Below, piece by piece: positions 19,565 to 29,295 of a stretch of 64,000 nucleotides of DNA (positions are counted from its first letter, which is position 1; each line of letters opens with the position of its first letter). Under the pieces are notes generated by a model that was not told the DNA's origin, did not search any database, and saw nothing but the letters and a program-made list of their open reading frames with translations. This DNA is from Candidatus Latescibacterota bacterium (GTDB lineage: Bacteria > Latescibacterota > UBA2968 > UBA8231). Made by a program: the position numbers and the translations under genes. The stretch is from contig OZ244561.1 of assembly GCA_965217585.1 (NCBI GenBank), positions 4,416,001 through 4,480,000 on the forward strand. The letters are read 5' to 3'.

Positions 19565-21471
19565 ACCGGCTCCTATTACTTATGGCTGCTTTTTATGGTG
19601 TGGTCGCGGTCGAGGCGCAGAGCCTCAAGCCCTTGTACGTTCCCCCCGCGATCGCCGCCCCACCCTGGATGGAAGACCGCCGGGCAGGGCAACTCGCAGC
19701 GGCGGAACAATTCGACATATTTCACCAGTTTTCTTTTTTCGACCAGATAGAACAAAGCGGTATCCGCTTCCACAACCAGATTACCGATGAGTCGGGCAAA
19801 CACTGGCTGCCAATCCACTACGACCACGGCAATGGCATCGCCGTTGCCGATGTGGATGGCGACGGTTGGCACGATCTTTACCTTGCGACGCAGGCCGGAA
19901 CTAACGAGCTATGGCGCAACTTGGGCGACGGCAAATTCGAGGATATTACGACAGCCGCGGGCGTCGGCGTAGCTGCCCCGATCGGCGTTACCGCCTCGTT
20001 CGCCGATCTAGACAACGACGGCGACCCAGACCTCTATGCCACGGTCCTCCGCGACGGCAACCGCTTGTTTGCCAACGACGGTACGGGCACCTTTGAGGAT
20101 ATTTCCGCCCAATCCGGTCTCAATTACAAGGGGCACTCCTCCGCGGCCTTGTTCTTCGACTACAACAATGACGGCTTGCTCGATGGGTTCCTCGCCAATG
20201 TTGGCAACTACACTACCGACGTGGCCACCCCGGCAACCACCTATAACGCTGACCCGCAGCACGCGATCGAATACGAGTACTACATCGGCCTAGAGGACGC
20301 CTTTGCTGGCCACCTCAAACCCGAGCGATTTGAACAAAGCATCCTGTTCAAAAACGCGGGCGACAATCGCTTTGTCGATGTATCCGCCCAAACGCGGCTG
20401 CAAGATACTAGCTGGTCCGGCGATGCCTGTGCCATAGACGCCAACGAGGATGGGTGGGTCGATCTCTACGTCCTAAACATGCAGGGCCACGACCACTACT
20501 ATGAGAATGCTGGGGGCCAATACTTCACTGACAAAAGCCGCGACCTGTTTCCCCGCACTCCTTGGGGATCCATGGGCATTAAGGGGTTCGACTACGACAA
20601 CGATGGTCGTATCGACATGCTCATCACGGATATGCACTCGGATATGAGCGAGGATATTGGGCCGGAGCAGGAGAAGCTAAAAGCCGATATGCAGTACCCC
20701 GAGGATTTTCTCCTAAGCGACGGGCACAGCATTTTCGGCAATGCGTTCTACCGCAATTTGGGCGGCGGGCACTTCAGCGAGATCTCCGATCAGATCGGCG
20801 TTGAAAACTACTGGCCGTGGGGGCTTAGCGTCGGCGATCTCAATGCCGATGGCTATGAAGATGTGTTCATCACTGCGAGTATGAATTATCCCTTCCGCTA
20901 CGGCGTCAATTCCCTGCTGTTGAATGATCGGGGGCAAACTTTCCTCGACGCGGAGTTCGTCTTGGGGGTTGAGCCGCGCCGCCAGACTGCCAAACCTTGG
21001 TTTGCGCTCGACTGCGCTGGGGTGGACCGCGGGCATATCCGCTGTGCGGGTCAGCAGGGCCACGTCGAGGTCTGGGGAGCGCCAGGTTCGCGTTCTTCGG
21101 CGATCTTCGACCTCGACGGCGACGGCGACTTGGACCTCGTTACCAACGAATTCAATGGCCCACCCCAAGTATTGATCAGCGACCTGAGCGACAAAAAGGC
21201 CCTTCGCTTTCTCAAAATTGACTTGCAAGGGGTCCGCTCAAACCGCGATGGTCTGGGTGCAATCGTGCAAGTGAAGGCTGGCGCACACACCTACACCCGA
21301 GTGCGCGACGGCAAGTCGGGCTACCTCTCGCAGAGCGCATTGCCGCTGTACTTCGGTCTAGACGATGCCGAGGTGGTGGATGCTATCGAAGTGCGCTGGC
21401 CCTCCGGTCACACCCAGATCGTTCCCGGCCCGATCGCAACGAATGCGCGGTTGGTGATCCGCGAGGAATAG
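19561..21471 (+). CDS. CRTAC1-like FG-GAP/VCBS repeat protein with ASPIC/UnbV C-terminal domain
   Basis: Repeated DxDxDGxxDL motifs; SNRDGLGA.V, GYLSQS, YFGL, IEVRWPSG. Confidence 0.92.
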   Translation: MNRLLLLMAAFYGVVAVEAQSLKPLYVPPAIAAPPWMEDRRAGQLAAAEQFDIFHQFSFFDQIEQSGIRFHNQITDESGKHWLPIHYDHGNGIAVADVDGDGWHDLYLATQAGTNELWRNLGDGKFEDITTAAGVGVAAPIGVTASFADLDNDGDPDLYATVLRDGNRLFANDGTGTFEDISAQSGLNYKGHSSAALFFDYNNDGLLDGFLANVGNYTTDVATPATTYNADPQHAIEYEYYIGLEDAFAGHLKPERFEQSILFKNAGDNRFVDVSAQTRLQDTSWSGDACAIDANEDGWVDLYVLNMQGHDHYYENAGGQYFTDKSRDLFPRTPWGSMGIKGFDYDNDGRIDMLITDMHSDMSEDIGPEQEKLKADMQYPEDFLLSDGHSIFGNAFYRNLGGGHFSEISDQIGVENYWPWGLSVGDLNADGYEDVFITASMNYPFRYGVNSLLLNDRGQTFLDAEFVLGVEPRRQTAKPWFALDCAGVDRGHIRCAGQQGHVEVWGAPGSRSSAIFDLDGDGDLDLVTNEFNGPPQVLISDLSDKKALRFLKIDLQGVRSNRDGLGAIVQVKAGAHTYTRVRDGKSGYLSQSALPLYFGLDDAEVVDAIEVRWPSGHTQIVPGPIATNARLVIREE

Positions 21472-21490
21472 GGAGCGGGCCATTTTCGCG

Positions 21491-23134
21491 CTAACGCTCC
21501 GGCTCTTCTACTGCCAAGAACTGGTTAGCGGCCACATCCTCTAAGCGCTGGACGCGGCCCGAAGGCCAGTAGATTTCGATTCGCTCGGCCGTGGTGTTCG
21601 TGCCTAAGCCGAAGTGGACGCGCCCGTCGCTGTGCGAGAGAAAGCTGCCACCGCTGATCCGCTCGGCGATCTGTTCGACCCCGCCACTGACCACGGCGAC
21701 CCGCGCCCCAATGCCATCGCGGTTGGACGCGGTGCCGACCAACCGCAGGCTCAGCCAATTGAGTTGGTTGCCGCTGTCGTTGCGCAGCAGGGACGGTGGG
21801 CCGTCGAGATTGAACACCAACAGATCCACATCCCCGTCGTTGTCGTAATCTCCTTTGGCCGCACCACGGCTGACGGCGGGGAGGCTCAAATCCCCGGCTG
21901 TGACCGAGGAGAAGCGGTAGCCCGCGGTCGGTCCCTCGTTGGCGAAGAGCTGGTTGGGTTCGGCGTACCCGTCCGGGTTCAGGTGTCGTATTTGGGGATA
22001 GACGTGACCGTTGGCGACGAAGAGGTCTTGGTCTTGGTCGTTGTCGTAATCGAGAAAGCACGTGCCAAAGGCCAAGTGGGGCAGGCTCGGCTCGGTGAGG
22101 CCGGCCGCAGCGCTGGCCACGGCAAAGGTGCCGTCGCGGCGATTGCGGTAGAGGGTGTTGTAATCGTCCTCAAAATGGGTCACCAGAAAATCCCCAAACC
22201 CGTCGCGGTCGTAATCCCCATAGGCAATGCCCATGCCGGCCTGGGCTACCCCCTCGGCGCTGAGGGCCACACCTGCCGCAACGCCAATGTCGCGGAAGGT
22301 GCCGCCCTCGTTGCGGTAGAGGAAGTTGGGCGCGGAGTCGTTGGCCACGTAGAGGTCTGGATCGCCGTCGCGGTCGTAGTCGCAAAAGAGCGCAGCAAGT
22401 CCGTAGGTCGGCTCTGCTCGTTCGACCTGGGTTTGGCCGGTGACATTGCGAAAGGTGCCGTCGCCCTCGTTGCGGTAGAGCGCGTCTTGTGCACCGGCGA
22501 GGCCGAGCGGGCCGGCGAACACGAGAACCCCCTTCCACATCCCGCCCCGAGGAGGCACGCGCTCGGGCGCAAAGTGCAGGTACTGGGCCACGTAGAGGTC
22601 GAGGTCGCCATCGCGGTCGTAGTCACCGAAGGTCGCGCTGGTGCTCCAAGCGGCTAGATCGACGCCAGCCGCTTGGCCTACCTCGCGGAAGGTGCCGCCG
22701 CCCTCGTTGTGATAGAGGGCGTTGGGGCCGTAGTTGGTCACGTAGAGGTCGCTCGCGCCGTCGTTGTCGTAGTCGCCCACGGCGCAGCCCATGCCCCACT
22801 GGGCACCGCCGCCGCCGGCCGCTTGCGTGCGGTCGTCAAACGCGCCGTTGCCTTGGTTGCGATAGAGGGCGTTGGGAGGAGCAGTGCCCCCGAGTTGGGC
22901 CCCATTGACGAGATAAATGTCGAGCCAGCCATCGCCGTCGTAGTCGAGCAATGCGCCACCGCCGCCCTTGGATTCGAGGATGTAGTTTTTGACCTGCCCG
23001 CCGGAGCGCATCTCGAAGTGGAGGCCAGAGGCGGCGGCCACTTCGGCAAAGTGTGCGGGCGCGGGCGCAGGCTTGGGCGCGGGCGCGTCGCAGGCTGCTA
23101 AAAACGCGACGCAGAGCGCGGTAAGCAGGGTCAT
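21491..23134 (-). CDS. CRTAC1-like ASPIC/UnbV lipoprotein
   Basis: Lipobox LAAC; DYDGDGWLDIY, GDYDNDG repeats, SNRDGIGARV, HFGLG, IYWPSG. Confidence 0.92.
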   Translation of the reverse strand: MTLLTALCVAFLAACDAPAPKPAPAPAHFAEVAAASGLHFEMRSGGQVKNYILESKGGGGALLDYDGDGWLDIYLVNGAQLGGTAPPNALYRNQGNGAFDDRTQAAGGGGAQWGMGCAVGDYDNDGASDLYVTNYGPNALYHNEGGGTFREVGQAAGVDLAAWSTSATFGDYDRDGDLDLYVAQYLHFAPERVPPRGGMWKGVLVFAGPLGLAGAQDALYRNEGDGTFRNVTGQTQVERAEPTYGLAALFCDYDRDGDPDLYVANDSAPNFLYRNEGGTFRDIGVAAGVALSAEGVAQAGMGIAYGDYDRDGFGDFLVTHFEDDYNTLYRNRRDGTFAVASAAAGLTEPSLPHLAFGTCFLDYDNDQDQDLFVANGHVYPQIRHLNPDGYAEPNQLFANEGPTAGYRFSSVTAGDLSLPAVSRGAAKGDYDNDGDVDLLVFNLDGPPSLLRNDSGNQLNWLSLRLVGTASNRDGIGARVAVVSGGVEQIAERISGGSFLSHSDGRVHFGLGTNTTAERIEIYWPSGRVQRLEDVAANQFLAVEEPER

Positions 23135-23901
23135 GGAGAGCGGGCGCAGCGGAAGCCGATATAGGGGCTGCGTTCGACGGGCAGGACCTCAAAGCGGTTA
23201 ATGCTGCGCAGCGCCGGTCCTGGGTTGATCCACGAGCCGCCGCGCAGGACCTTGAAGCGGCCGGTCTCTGGACCTTGTGGGTCTTTGGACGGTGCCGTGG
23301 CGTAGTAGTTAGCGTCGTACCAGTCGGCGCACCATTCCCAGACATTGCCGGCCATGTCGAGTGCGCCGTACGGGCTGGCTCCTGCTGGAAAAGAGCCGAC
23401 CGGGGCCAACCCAGCATAGCCGTCTTCCGGTCCCCAGAGATTGGCGCGATCAGCGGCAAATGCCGCACCCCAGGGCCAGAGGCGGCCATCGCTGCCGCGC
23501 GCACTTTTTTCCCACTCGGCTTCGGTGGGCAGGCGTCCGCCGCGCCAAGCGCAATACGCTTGAGCATCTTGCCAGCTAACATAGACGACCGGATGGCTTG
23601 GGTCGGCTGCCGAGCCGGGGCCGTGGGGCTGACGCCAGCTAATGCTGTCGGCCTTTTCAGCCCCGCGCTTTTCCGCCTCCGTCTGGTAGCCGGTGGCCGC
23701 GACGAAGGCGGCAAAGCGGGCGTTGGTAACTTCGTAGCGGTCGATGGAAAAGGCGCTCAGATAGACTTGGTGGCTGGGCTTTTCGTCGGTGGCTCGCGGG
23801 TGATCAATGCCCATGGTGAAGGGGCCGGCCGGCACGACGACCTCTTCAGCGGCAACGGGTGCCGCCAGTAGCAGGGCCAATAGGATGCGCGAAATCCGCA
23901 T
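23131..23901 (-). CDS. Exported FGE/SUMF1 (formylglycine-generating enzyme)-domain protein
   Basis: GPFTMG, IDRYEVTNARF, HPVVYVSWQDAQAYC.W, RLPTEAEWEKSARG, DMAGNVWEW, RGGSW, IGFRCA. Confidence 0.92.
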   Translation of the reverse strand: MRISRILLALLLAAPVAAEEVVVPAGPFTMGIDHPRATDEKPSHQVYLSAFSIDRYEVTNARFAAFVAATGYQTEAEKRGAEKADSISWRQPHGPGSAADPSHPVVYVSWQDAQAYCAWRGGRLPTEAEWEKSARGSDGRLWPWGAAFAADRANLWGPEDGYAGLAPVGSFPAGASPYGALDMAGNVWEWCADWYDANYYATAPSKDPQGPETGRFKVLRGGSWINPGPALRSINRFEVLPVERSPYIGFRCARSP

Positions 23902-23919
23902 GCGCGGCGGTGGGTGTGG

Positions 23920-25593
23920 CTAGCCCTTCTGCATCCGCGCCCAAGTGTCGCGCAAGGTGACGGTGCGGTTGAAGACGGGCGCGTCCGGCGCGTGGTCCTC
24001 GCGGTCGGCGCAGAAGTAGCCGAGCCGCTCAAACTGGCAGGAGTCCCCTGGGGCCATGTCGGCGAGGGACGGCTCTAGATAGCAAGGGTTGAGAACTTTG
24101 AGCGAATCCGGGTTGAGGTTGTCCAGCCAGGTGCCTTCGGGCGGGGCTGCGAGCGGTTTTTCGACCTTGAAGAGCCGCTCGTAGAGCCGCACCTCGGCTG
24201 GGACCGCGTGGGGGACCGAGACCCAGTGCAGGGTGGCTTTAACTTTGCGGCCGTCGGGTGCGTTGCCGCCTCGGGTGGCCGGGTCGTACGTGCAGCGCAG
24301 TTCGACAACCTCGCCGTTGTCGTCTTTGACGACCTCGGTACAGGTGATGAAATAGGCGTAGCGCAGGCGGATCTCGCGGCCTGGGGCGAGGCGAAAGAAT
24401 TTGCGCGGCGGGTCTTCCATAAAGTCCTCGCGCTCGATGTAGAGGTGCCGCGAAAAGGGGATGGAGCGGGTGCCGGCGCTTTCGTCTTCCGGGTTGTTGA
24501 TGGCCGTTAGTATCTCGCTTTGACCCTCCGGATAGTTTTCAATGACGACCTTGAGCGGGTTGAGCACGGCCATGCGCCGGGGCGCGGTCTTGTTGAGCTG
24601 GTCGCGGATGCAGTATTCGAGGAGGGAGATGTCGATGTTGTTGCCGCGACGAGCGATGCCCGTTGCGGCCCAGAAGCGGCGGATGGCTTCGGGCGGGCAG
24701 CCCAAGCGGCGCAGGCCGCGCAAGGTGTAGAGCCGAGGATCGTCCCAGCCGGACACTAGCTGTTGCTCGATGAGCGGTCGGATGTATCGCTTGGACAGGA
24801 CGGTATAGGTGATGTTGCCGCGGGCGAACTCGATTTGGCGCGAGGGGAAGATGCCGAGCTGTTGGATGAACCAATCGTACAGGGGACGATTGTTGATGAA
24901 TTCGTCTGAGCACAGCGAGTGCGTAACGCCCTCGATGGAGTCGCTTTGGCCGTGGGCCCAGTCGTAGAGCGGATAGATGCACCAGGCGTCGCCGGTGCGG
25001 TGATGGGTGGTGTGCATGATGCGATACATGACTGGGTCGCGCAGGTTGATGTTGGGCGCGGTCATGTCGATTTTGGCGCGCAACACGCGGCTGCCATCGG
25101 GGAATGCGCCGTTTTTCATCTGCTCGAAGAGGTGGAGGTTTTCCTCGATGGAGCGGTCGCGATACGGGCTGTTTTTGCCCGGTTCGTTGAGCGTGCCGCG
25201 ATTTTCCCGAATCTCGTCCGCGGTCTGGTCGTCCACGTAGGCCAAGCCCCTTTTGATGAGCACGACGGCCCATTCGTAGAGCTGGCCGAAGTAATCGGAA
25301 GCGTAGTACGGCTGCGGCCCCCAGTCGTAGCCGAGCCAGCGAATGTCCTCCTGCATGGAGTCCACGTATTCTTGCTCTTCGCGCGTGGGGTTGGTGTCGT
25401 CGTAGCGGAGGTTGCACTGGCCTTGGTAGTCGGCGGCAATGCCGAAGTTGATCGAAATGGCCTTGGCACTGCCAATGTGCAGGTACGCGTTAGGCTCTGG
25501 TGGGAAGCGGGTTATGACCCTGTCGTAGCGGCCGCTTTTGAGGTCGGCGTCGATGGCTTCGCGAATGAAGTCGCGGTTTTTGTCCGTGCTCAT
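23920..25593 (-). CDS. glnS: Glutamine--tRNA ligase
   Basis: [60 protein letters not shown]. Start at MSTDKN with GAGGAG RBS. Confidence 0.96.
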   Translation of the reverse strand: MSTDKNRDFIREAIDADLKSGRYDRVITRFPPEPNAYLHIGSAKAISINFGIAADYQGQCNLRYDDTNPTREEQEYVDSMQEDIRWLGYDWGPQPYYASDYFGQLYEWAVVLIKRGLAYVDDQTADEIRENRGTLNEPGKNSPYRDRSIEENLHLFEQMKNGAFPDGSRVLRAKIDMTAPNINLRDPVMYRIMHTTHHRTGDAWCIYPLYDWAHGQSDSIEGVTHSLCSDEFINNRPLYDWFIQQLGIFPSRQIEFARGNITYTVLSKRYIRPLIEQQLVSGWDDPRLYTLRGLRRLGCPPEAIRRFWAATGIARRGNNIDISLLEYCIRDQLNKTAPRRMAVLNPLKVVIENYPEGQSEILTAINNPEDESAGTRSIPFSRHLYIEREDFMEDPPRKFFRLAPGREIRLRYAYFITCTEVVKDDNGEVVELRCTYDPATRGGNAPDGRKVKATLHWVSVPHAVPAEVRLYERLFKVEKPLAAPPEGTWLDNLNPDSLKVLNPCYLEPSLADMAPGDSCQFERLGYFCADREDHAPDAPVFNRTVTLRDTWARMQKG

Positions 25594-25670
25594 AGCTCCT
25601 CTGTGGCTGTTGGCAGCGCAGCAAATGCAGCGAATAAAATAATAGAAGGGCAAATGGTCCTAACGGCAAG

Positions 25671-26627
25671 TTACTCGCTCTTGCGCTCCCATCCGCTCGT
25701 CTTCCAATGCCTTCCTTGTCGCTTAAAGCCAGACTCCTTGGGCGGCAGCAAGCCGCGCAGGTGTTGGCCGCCAAAGGCAAAGCCCGCTAGACCGGGGAAG
25801 CCGCGGTCCTCGTTTTCGACGCACAGCACGTAGTCGTAGCCGGATTCCCACAGCGCGCCGATGATGGTGCTCCAGTTGAGTTGGCCGCGGCCGGGAACGC
25901 GGTATTGCCACCACCAGTTGCCGATGATGCCCTGGCGGTAGAGCATCCGCTGACTGATCTCGCAGTCCTTGACATCGGCGTAGTACCAATGGCCGGCAAA
26001 GTCGCGGATGACGTCTTCGACCGGCAGGATGTGCATCCACAGCCAGTGCGAGGGATCGCAGGACAGGCCGAGGTGATCCGAAGGCACGGCGGCGAGAATT
26101 TTTTCCCACATCTCCGGGTTGCAGCCGATTTGGCCCATGCGCACGGCCACATCGAGCGCGAGCCGGACGCCGCTGTCTGCGGCCGCTTGCACCACGGGTT
26201 CGAACATGGCTTGGAAGCGGTCAACTAGCTCGTCGGAACGGTCGCTGGGGTTGCCGGGTTCGGAGGAGAACATGCCGTAGAACTGGCCGTTGCGGACGGG
26301 CGCGCCGCTGCTGGTGACGATGACTGGGCAGTCGAGGGCGCGGGCCGACGCAATGGCCTTGAGCAGCTTGGCTTGGGCGGCGCGGGCCTGTTCGCGGTCG
26401 TCGTCGAGCAGGTTGTAGTGCGCGGTGAGGGCGGCGAGGTACAGGTCGTGCTGGCGCAAGGTCGCTAGCACCGACTCTGGCCCGACCGATAGAATGTGGT
26501 CGGAGTCGAGCGCGCCGGAATCGTTCAAGCGCACGCAGTCGAAATCGTGCTCCCGCGCCCAGCGGGCGCATTCGTCGAGGCTCCAATTGTTGGTGCCGCC
26601 GGCACTGGTCATAAAACTTATATCCAC
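25671..26627 (-). CDS. Sugar-phosphate isomerase/epimerase (xylose-isomerase-like TIM barrel)
   Basis: LGLSCDPSHWLW, DVKDCE, RVPGRGQLNW, LCVENED. GTG start with GGAGGAG RBS. Confidence 0.85.
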   Translation of the reverse strand: MDISFMTSAGGTNNWSLDECARWAREHDFDCVRLNDSGALDSDHILSVGPESVLATLRQHDLYLAALTAHYNLLDDDREQARAAQAKLLKAIASARALDCPVIVTSSGAPVRNGQFYGMFSSEPGNPSDRSDELVDRFQAMFEPVVQAAADSGVRLALDVAVRMGQIGCNPEMWEKILAAVPSDHLGLSCDPSHWLWMHILPVEDVIRDFAGHWYYADVKDCEISQRMLYRQGIIGNWWWQYRVPGRGQLNWSTIIGALWESGYDYVLCVENEDRGFPGLAGFAFGGQHLRGLLPPKESGFKRQGRHWKTSGWERKSE

Positions 26628-26705
26628 GAGCGAGTCTCCTCCGCTTGAAATCGCGAGTCTTATGGTTAGATTTTTGTGCTCACTCTCACAAAAGAAAGCA
26701 ATGTC

Positions 26706-27932
26706 ATGGTGCATATCAACGATCATTACCTCAAGCTCAAAGCCGGTTACCTTTTTCCAGAAATCTCCCGCCGGGTTGATGCGTTTACCGCCGCTCACCC
26801 CCAAGCCGACGTGATCCGCTTGGGGATCGGCGATGTGGTCAAGGGCATCCCGCGGCCGATTGTCGATGCGATGAAAGAGGCCGTCGAGGAAATGGCCCAC
26901 GACGACACCTTACAGGGCTATCCGCCCGACCAGGGCCAGGATTTTTTGCGCGCAGCCATTGTCGAGCACGACTTTGCCGCGCGCGGCGTGCAGGTTCACA
27001 GCGACGAGATTTTTGTATCCGATGGGTCCAAGTGCGACTCGGGCAATGTGCAGGAAATTTTCGCCGGCGATTGCGTGGTCGCGCTGACCGATCCGGTCTA
27101 TCCAGTGTACTGCGATTCCAACGTCATGGCCGGCCGCACCGGCCCAGCCGACGCGAACGGTTCGTACGCCGGCTTGATCTACATGCCGTGTACAGCCGCC
27201 AATGACTTCGTGCCGGACCTGCCCGCAGGCCACGTTGATTTGATCTACTTGTGCTCGCCCAACAACCCTACGGGCGCGGTGATGACCCGCGCTGCCTTGG
27301 CCCGCTGGATCGAATACGCCCGTCGCGAGCAGGCGGTCATTTTATTTGACGCGGCCTACGAAAGCTACATCGCCGATCCGTCGATCCCGCACTCCATCTA
27401 CGAGGTCGAAGGTGCCCGAGAGGTAGCCATCGAGTTTCGCAGTTTTTCCAAGAATGCCGGCTTCACCGGCCTGCGCTGTGGGTGCATTGTGGTGCCCAAG
27501 GAGCTCAAGGGCCGCGCTGCCTCGGGCGGGGAAGTGGATTTGCATCGGCTGTGGGCGCGGCGGCACTCGACTAAGTTCAATGGCGTGGCGTATCCGGTGC
27601 AGCGCGCCGCGGCGGCCGCGTACTCGCCGGCCGGCCAGCAGGGCATTGCCGAGCGCGTTGCGTTCTACATGGAAAATGCTGCGATCATGCGCCAGCAGTT
27701 GGGGGCGGCCGGGCTTACCGTGTACGGGGGCGAGCATGCTCCCTATTTGTGGGTGGCCACGCCCGACGGGCAGGACAGTTGGACTTACTTTGACTACTTG
27801 CTCGACAAGGCCCACATCGTCGGCACGCCGGGTGCGGGTTTTGGCGCGGCTGGCGAGGGATACCTGCGCCTGTCGGCCTTCAATCACCGCGACCGGATCG
27901 AAGAGGCCATGGAGCGGATCAAACAGCTCTAG
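26706..27932 (+). CDS. dapL: LL-diaminopimelate aminotransferase
   Basis: [73 protein letters not shown]. Confidence 0.96.
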   Translation: MVHINDHYLKLKAGYLFPEISRRVDAFTAAHPQADVIRLGIGDVVKGIPRPIVDAMKEAVEEMAHDDTLQGYPPDQGQDFLRAAIVEHDFAARGVQVHSDEIFVSDGSKCDSGNVQEIFAGDCVVALTDPVYPVYCDSNVMAGRTGPADANGSYAGLIYMPCTAANDFVPDLPAGHVDLIYLCSPNNPTGAVMTRAALARWIEYARREQAVILFDAAYESYIADPSIPHSIYEVEGAREVAIEFRSFSKNAGFTGLRCGCIVVPKELKGRAASGGEVDLHRLWARRHSTKFNGVAYPVQRAAAAAYSPAGQQGIAERVAFYMENAAIMRQQLGAAGLTVYGGEHAPYLWVATPDGQDSWTYFDYLLDKAHIVGTPGAGFGAAGEGYLRLSAFNHRDRIEEAMERIKQL

Positions 27933-27994
27933 GGCTGCACCTCAACCTTCCTTTATTGGCACAGCTCGTTTGAGAAAATTCTGTTAAAAAATGG

Positions 27995-28045
27995 TTACAT
28001 ATATATTGACGAGTTGCAAGCGATTCATTAGATTACATATATATT
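27995..28045 (+). promoter_or_regulatory. Sigma70-type promoter bracketed by two identical 13-bp direct repeats (candidate operators)
   Basis: -35 TTGACG (28006-28011), 17-bp spacer, -10 TAGATT (28029-28034). TTACATATATATT occurs at 27995-28007 and 28033-28045. Confidence 0.75.
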
Positions 28046-28072
28046 AATCAAATTTTATATAATAAATATATA

Positions 28073-28279
28073 ATGTCCAAAGACCACAGTCGCCGGGCTA
28101 AGGTGCGAACCTTTTCGGCACCCGACAGGGATCACGAGATGCTCGACGCGATTGCCCGCTATCACGGCAGCAGCAAGAGCGCCATGATCGCCGGCCTCAT
28201 TCGCAAGGAATTTTGGCGCATTTTTCCCAACGGCACCGAGACCATCCCCCCCGACGAAGGAGCGCAAGTCAAGCCATGA
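28073..28279 (+). CDS. Small ribbon-helix-helix (CopG-like) DNA-binding protein
   Basis: Beta-strand VRTFSA, helix PDRDHEMLDAIARYHG, then SSKSAMIAGLIRKEF. Its stop overlaps the nadA start (ATGA). Confidence 0.75.
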   Translation: MSKDHSRRAKVRTFSAPDRDHEMLDAIARYHGSSKSAMIAGLIRKEFWRIFPNGTETIPPDEGAQVKP

Positions 28280-29262
28280 CCTACTCAGAGACGCTCGCCC
28301 CAGCTGCCGGGCAGTACCACAGCGACCTGCCCGCCGAGGAGCTCATCGCCCAGATCGACCGCTTGCGCCGCGAGAAAGACGCGGTCATTCTCGCGCACAA
28401 CTACCAGATTCCGCCGATCCAAGACTTGGCCGACTTCACGGGTGATTCGCTCGGCCTGTCGGTGGAAGCTGCCAAGGCGGATGCCGAGCGCATCGTCTTT
28501 TGCGGCGTGCATTTCATGGCCGAGTCGGCCAAAATTCTCAGCCCCGACAAGCAGGTGTTCTTGCCCCATTTAGGCGCGGGCTGTTCGCTGGCCGACTCCA
28601 TCACCCCCGAAAGCCTCGACGATTGGAAAGCGGACTATCCCGATCACACGGTGGTGACGTACGTCAACTCCACGGCCGAGGTGAAGGCCGAGTCCGACAT
28701 CTGCTGCACCTCGGCCAACGCCGTCTCGGTGGTGCGCAGCCTCGATAGCGACAAGATCCTCTTTACGCCCGACCGCAACTTGGGCCGCTGGGTGGCCGAG
28801 CAGGTGCCAGAGAAAGAGATCGTCGTGTACGACGGCGTTTGCCCGACGCACGACGTGCTGCGCGCCGCCAGCGTCGAGCGCACCCGCAGCGAGTTTCCCG
28901 AGGCCGTCATCATTGCGCACCCGGAATGCCGCGAGGACGTGGTCGAAATCGCGCACGAAGTGTGTTCGACCACGGGGATGCTCAAGGCCGTAGAAAAGTA
29001 CCCCGAGGCCAAGAGCTTCATCATCGCCACGGAAAACGGCATGTTGCACCAGCTCCGGCAGCGCTTCCCGCACCAGGAGTTCGTAGCGGCTGACGGCTGC
29101 ATTGGCTGCCGGCTACACTGTCCCTACATGAAGATCACCGACCTGCAAGACGTGTACTTTTCGCTGCTCTACGAGCGCTACGAAATCAAGCTGGACGACG
29201 AGGTGATTGTGGGGGCACGGCGGGCGTTGGAGCGGATGATGGCCGTGCCGAGGGACAATTGA
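28276..29262 (+). CDS. nadA: Quinolinate synthase
   Basis: ILAHNYQ, GDSLGLS, VFCGVHFMAESAKILSP, GCSLAD, YVNSTAEVKA, CCTSANA, PDRNLG, CPTH, AHPEC, CPYMK. Confidence 0.97.
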   Translation: MTYSETLAPAAGQYHSDLPAEELIAQIDRLRREKDAVILAHNYQIPPIQDLADFTGDSLGLSVEAAKADAERIVFCGVHFMAESAKILSPDKQVFLPHLGAGCSLADSITPESLDDWKADYPDHTVVTYVNSTAEVKAESDICCTSANAVSVVRSLDSDKILFTPDRNLGRWVAEQVPEKEIVVYDGVCPTHDVLRAASVERTRSEFPEAVIIAHPECREDVVEIAHEVCSTTGMLKAVEKYPEAKSFIIATENGMLHQLRQRFPHQEFVAADGCIGCRLHCPYMKITDLQDVYFSLLYERYEIKLDDEVIVGARRALERMMAVPRDN

Positions 29263-29295
29263 GCGTAGCCCCCGTATTTCTCGCGGCGTCCTTCC

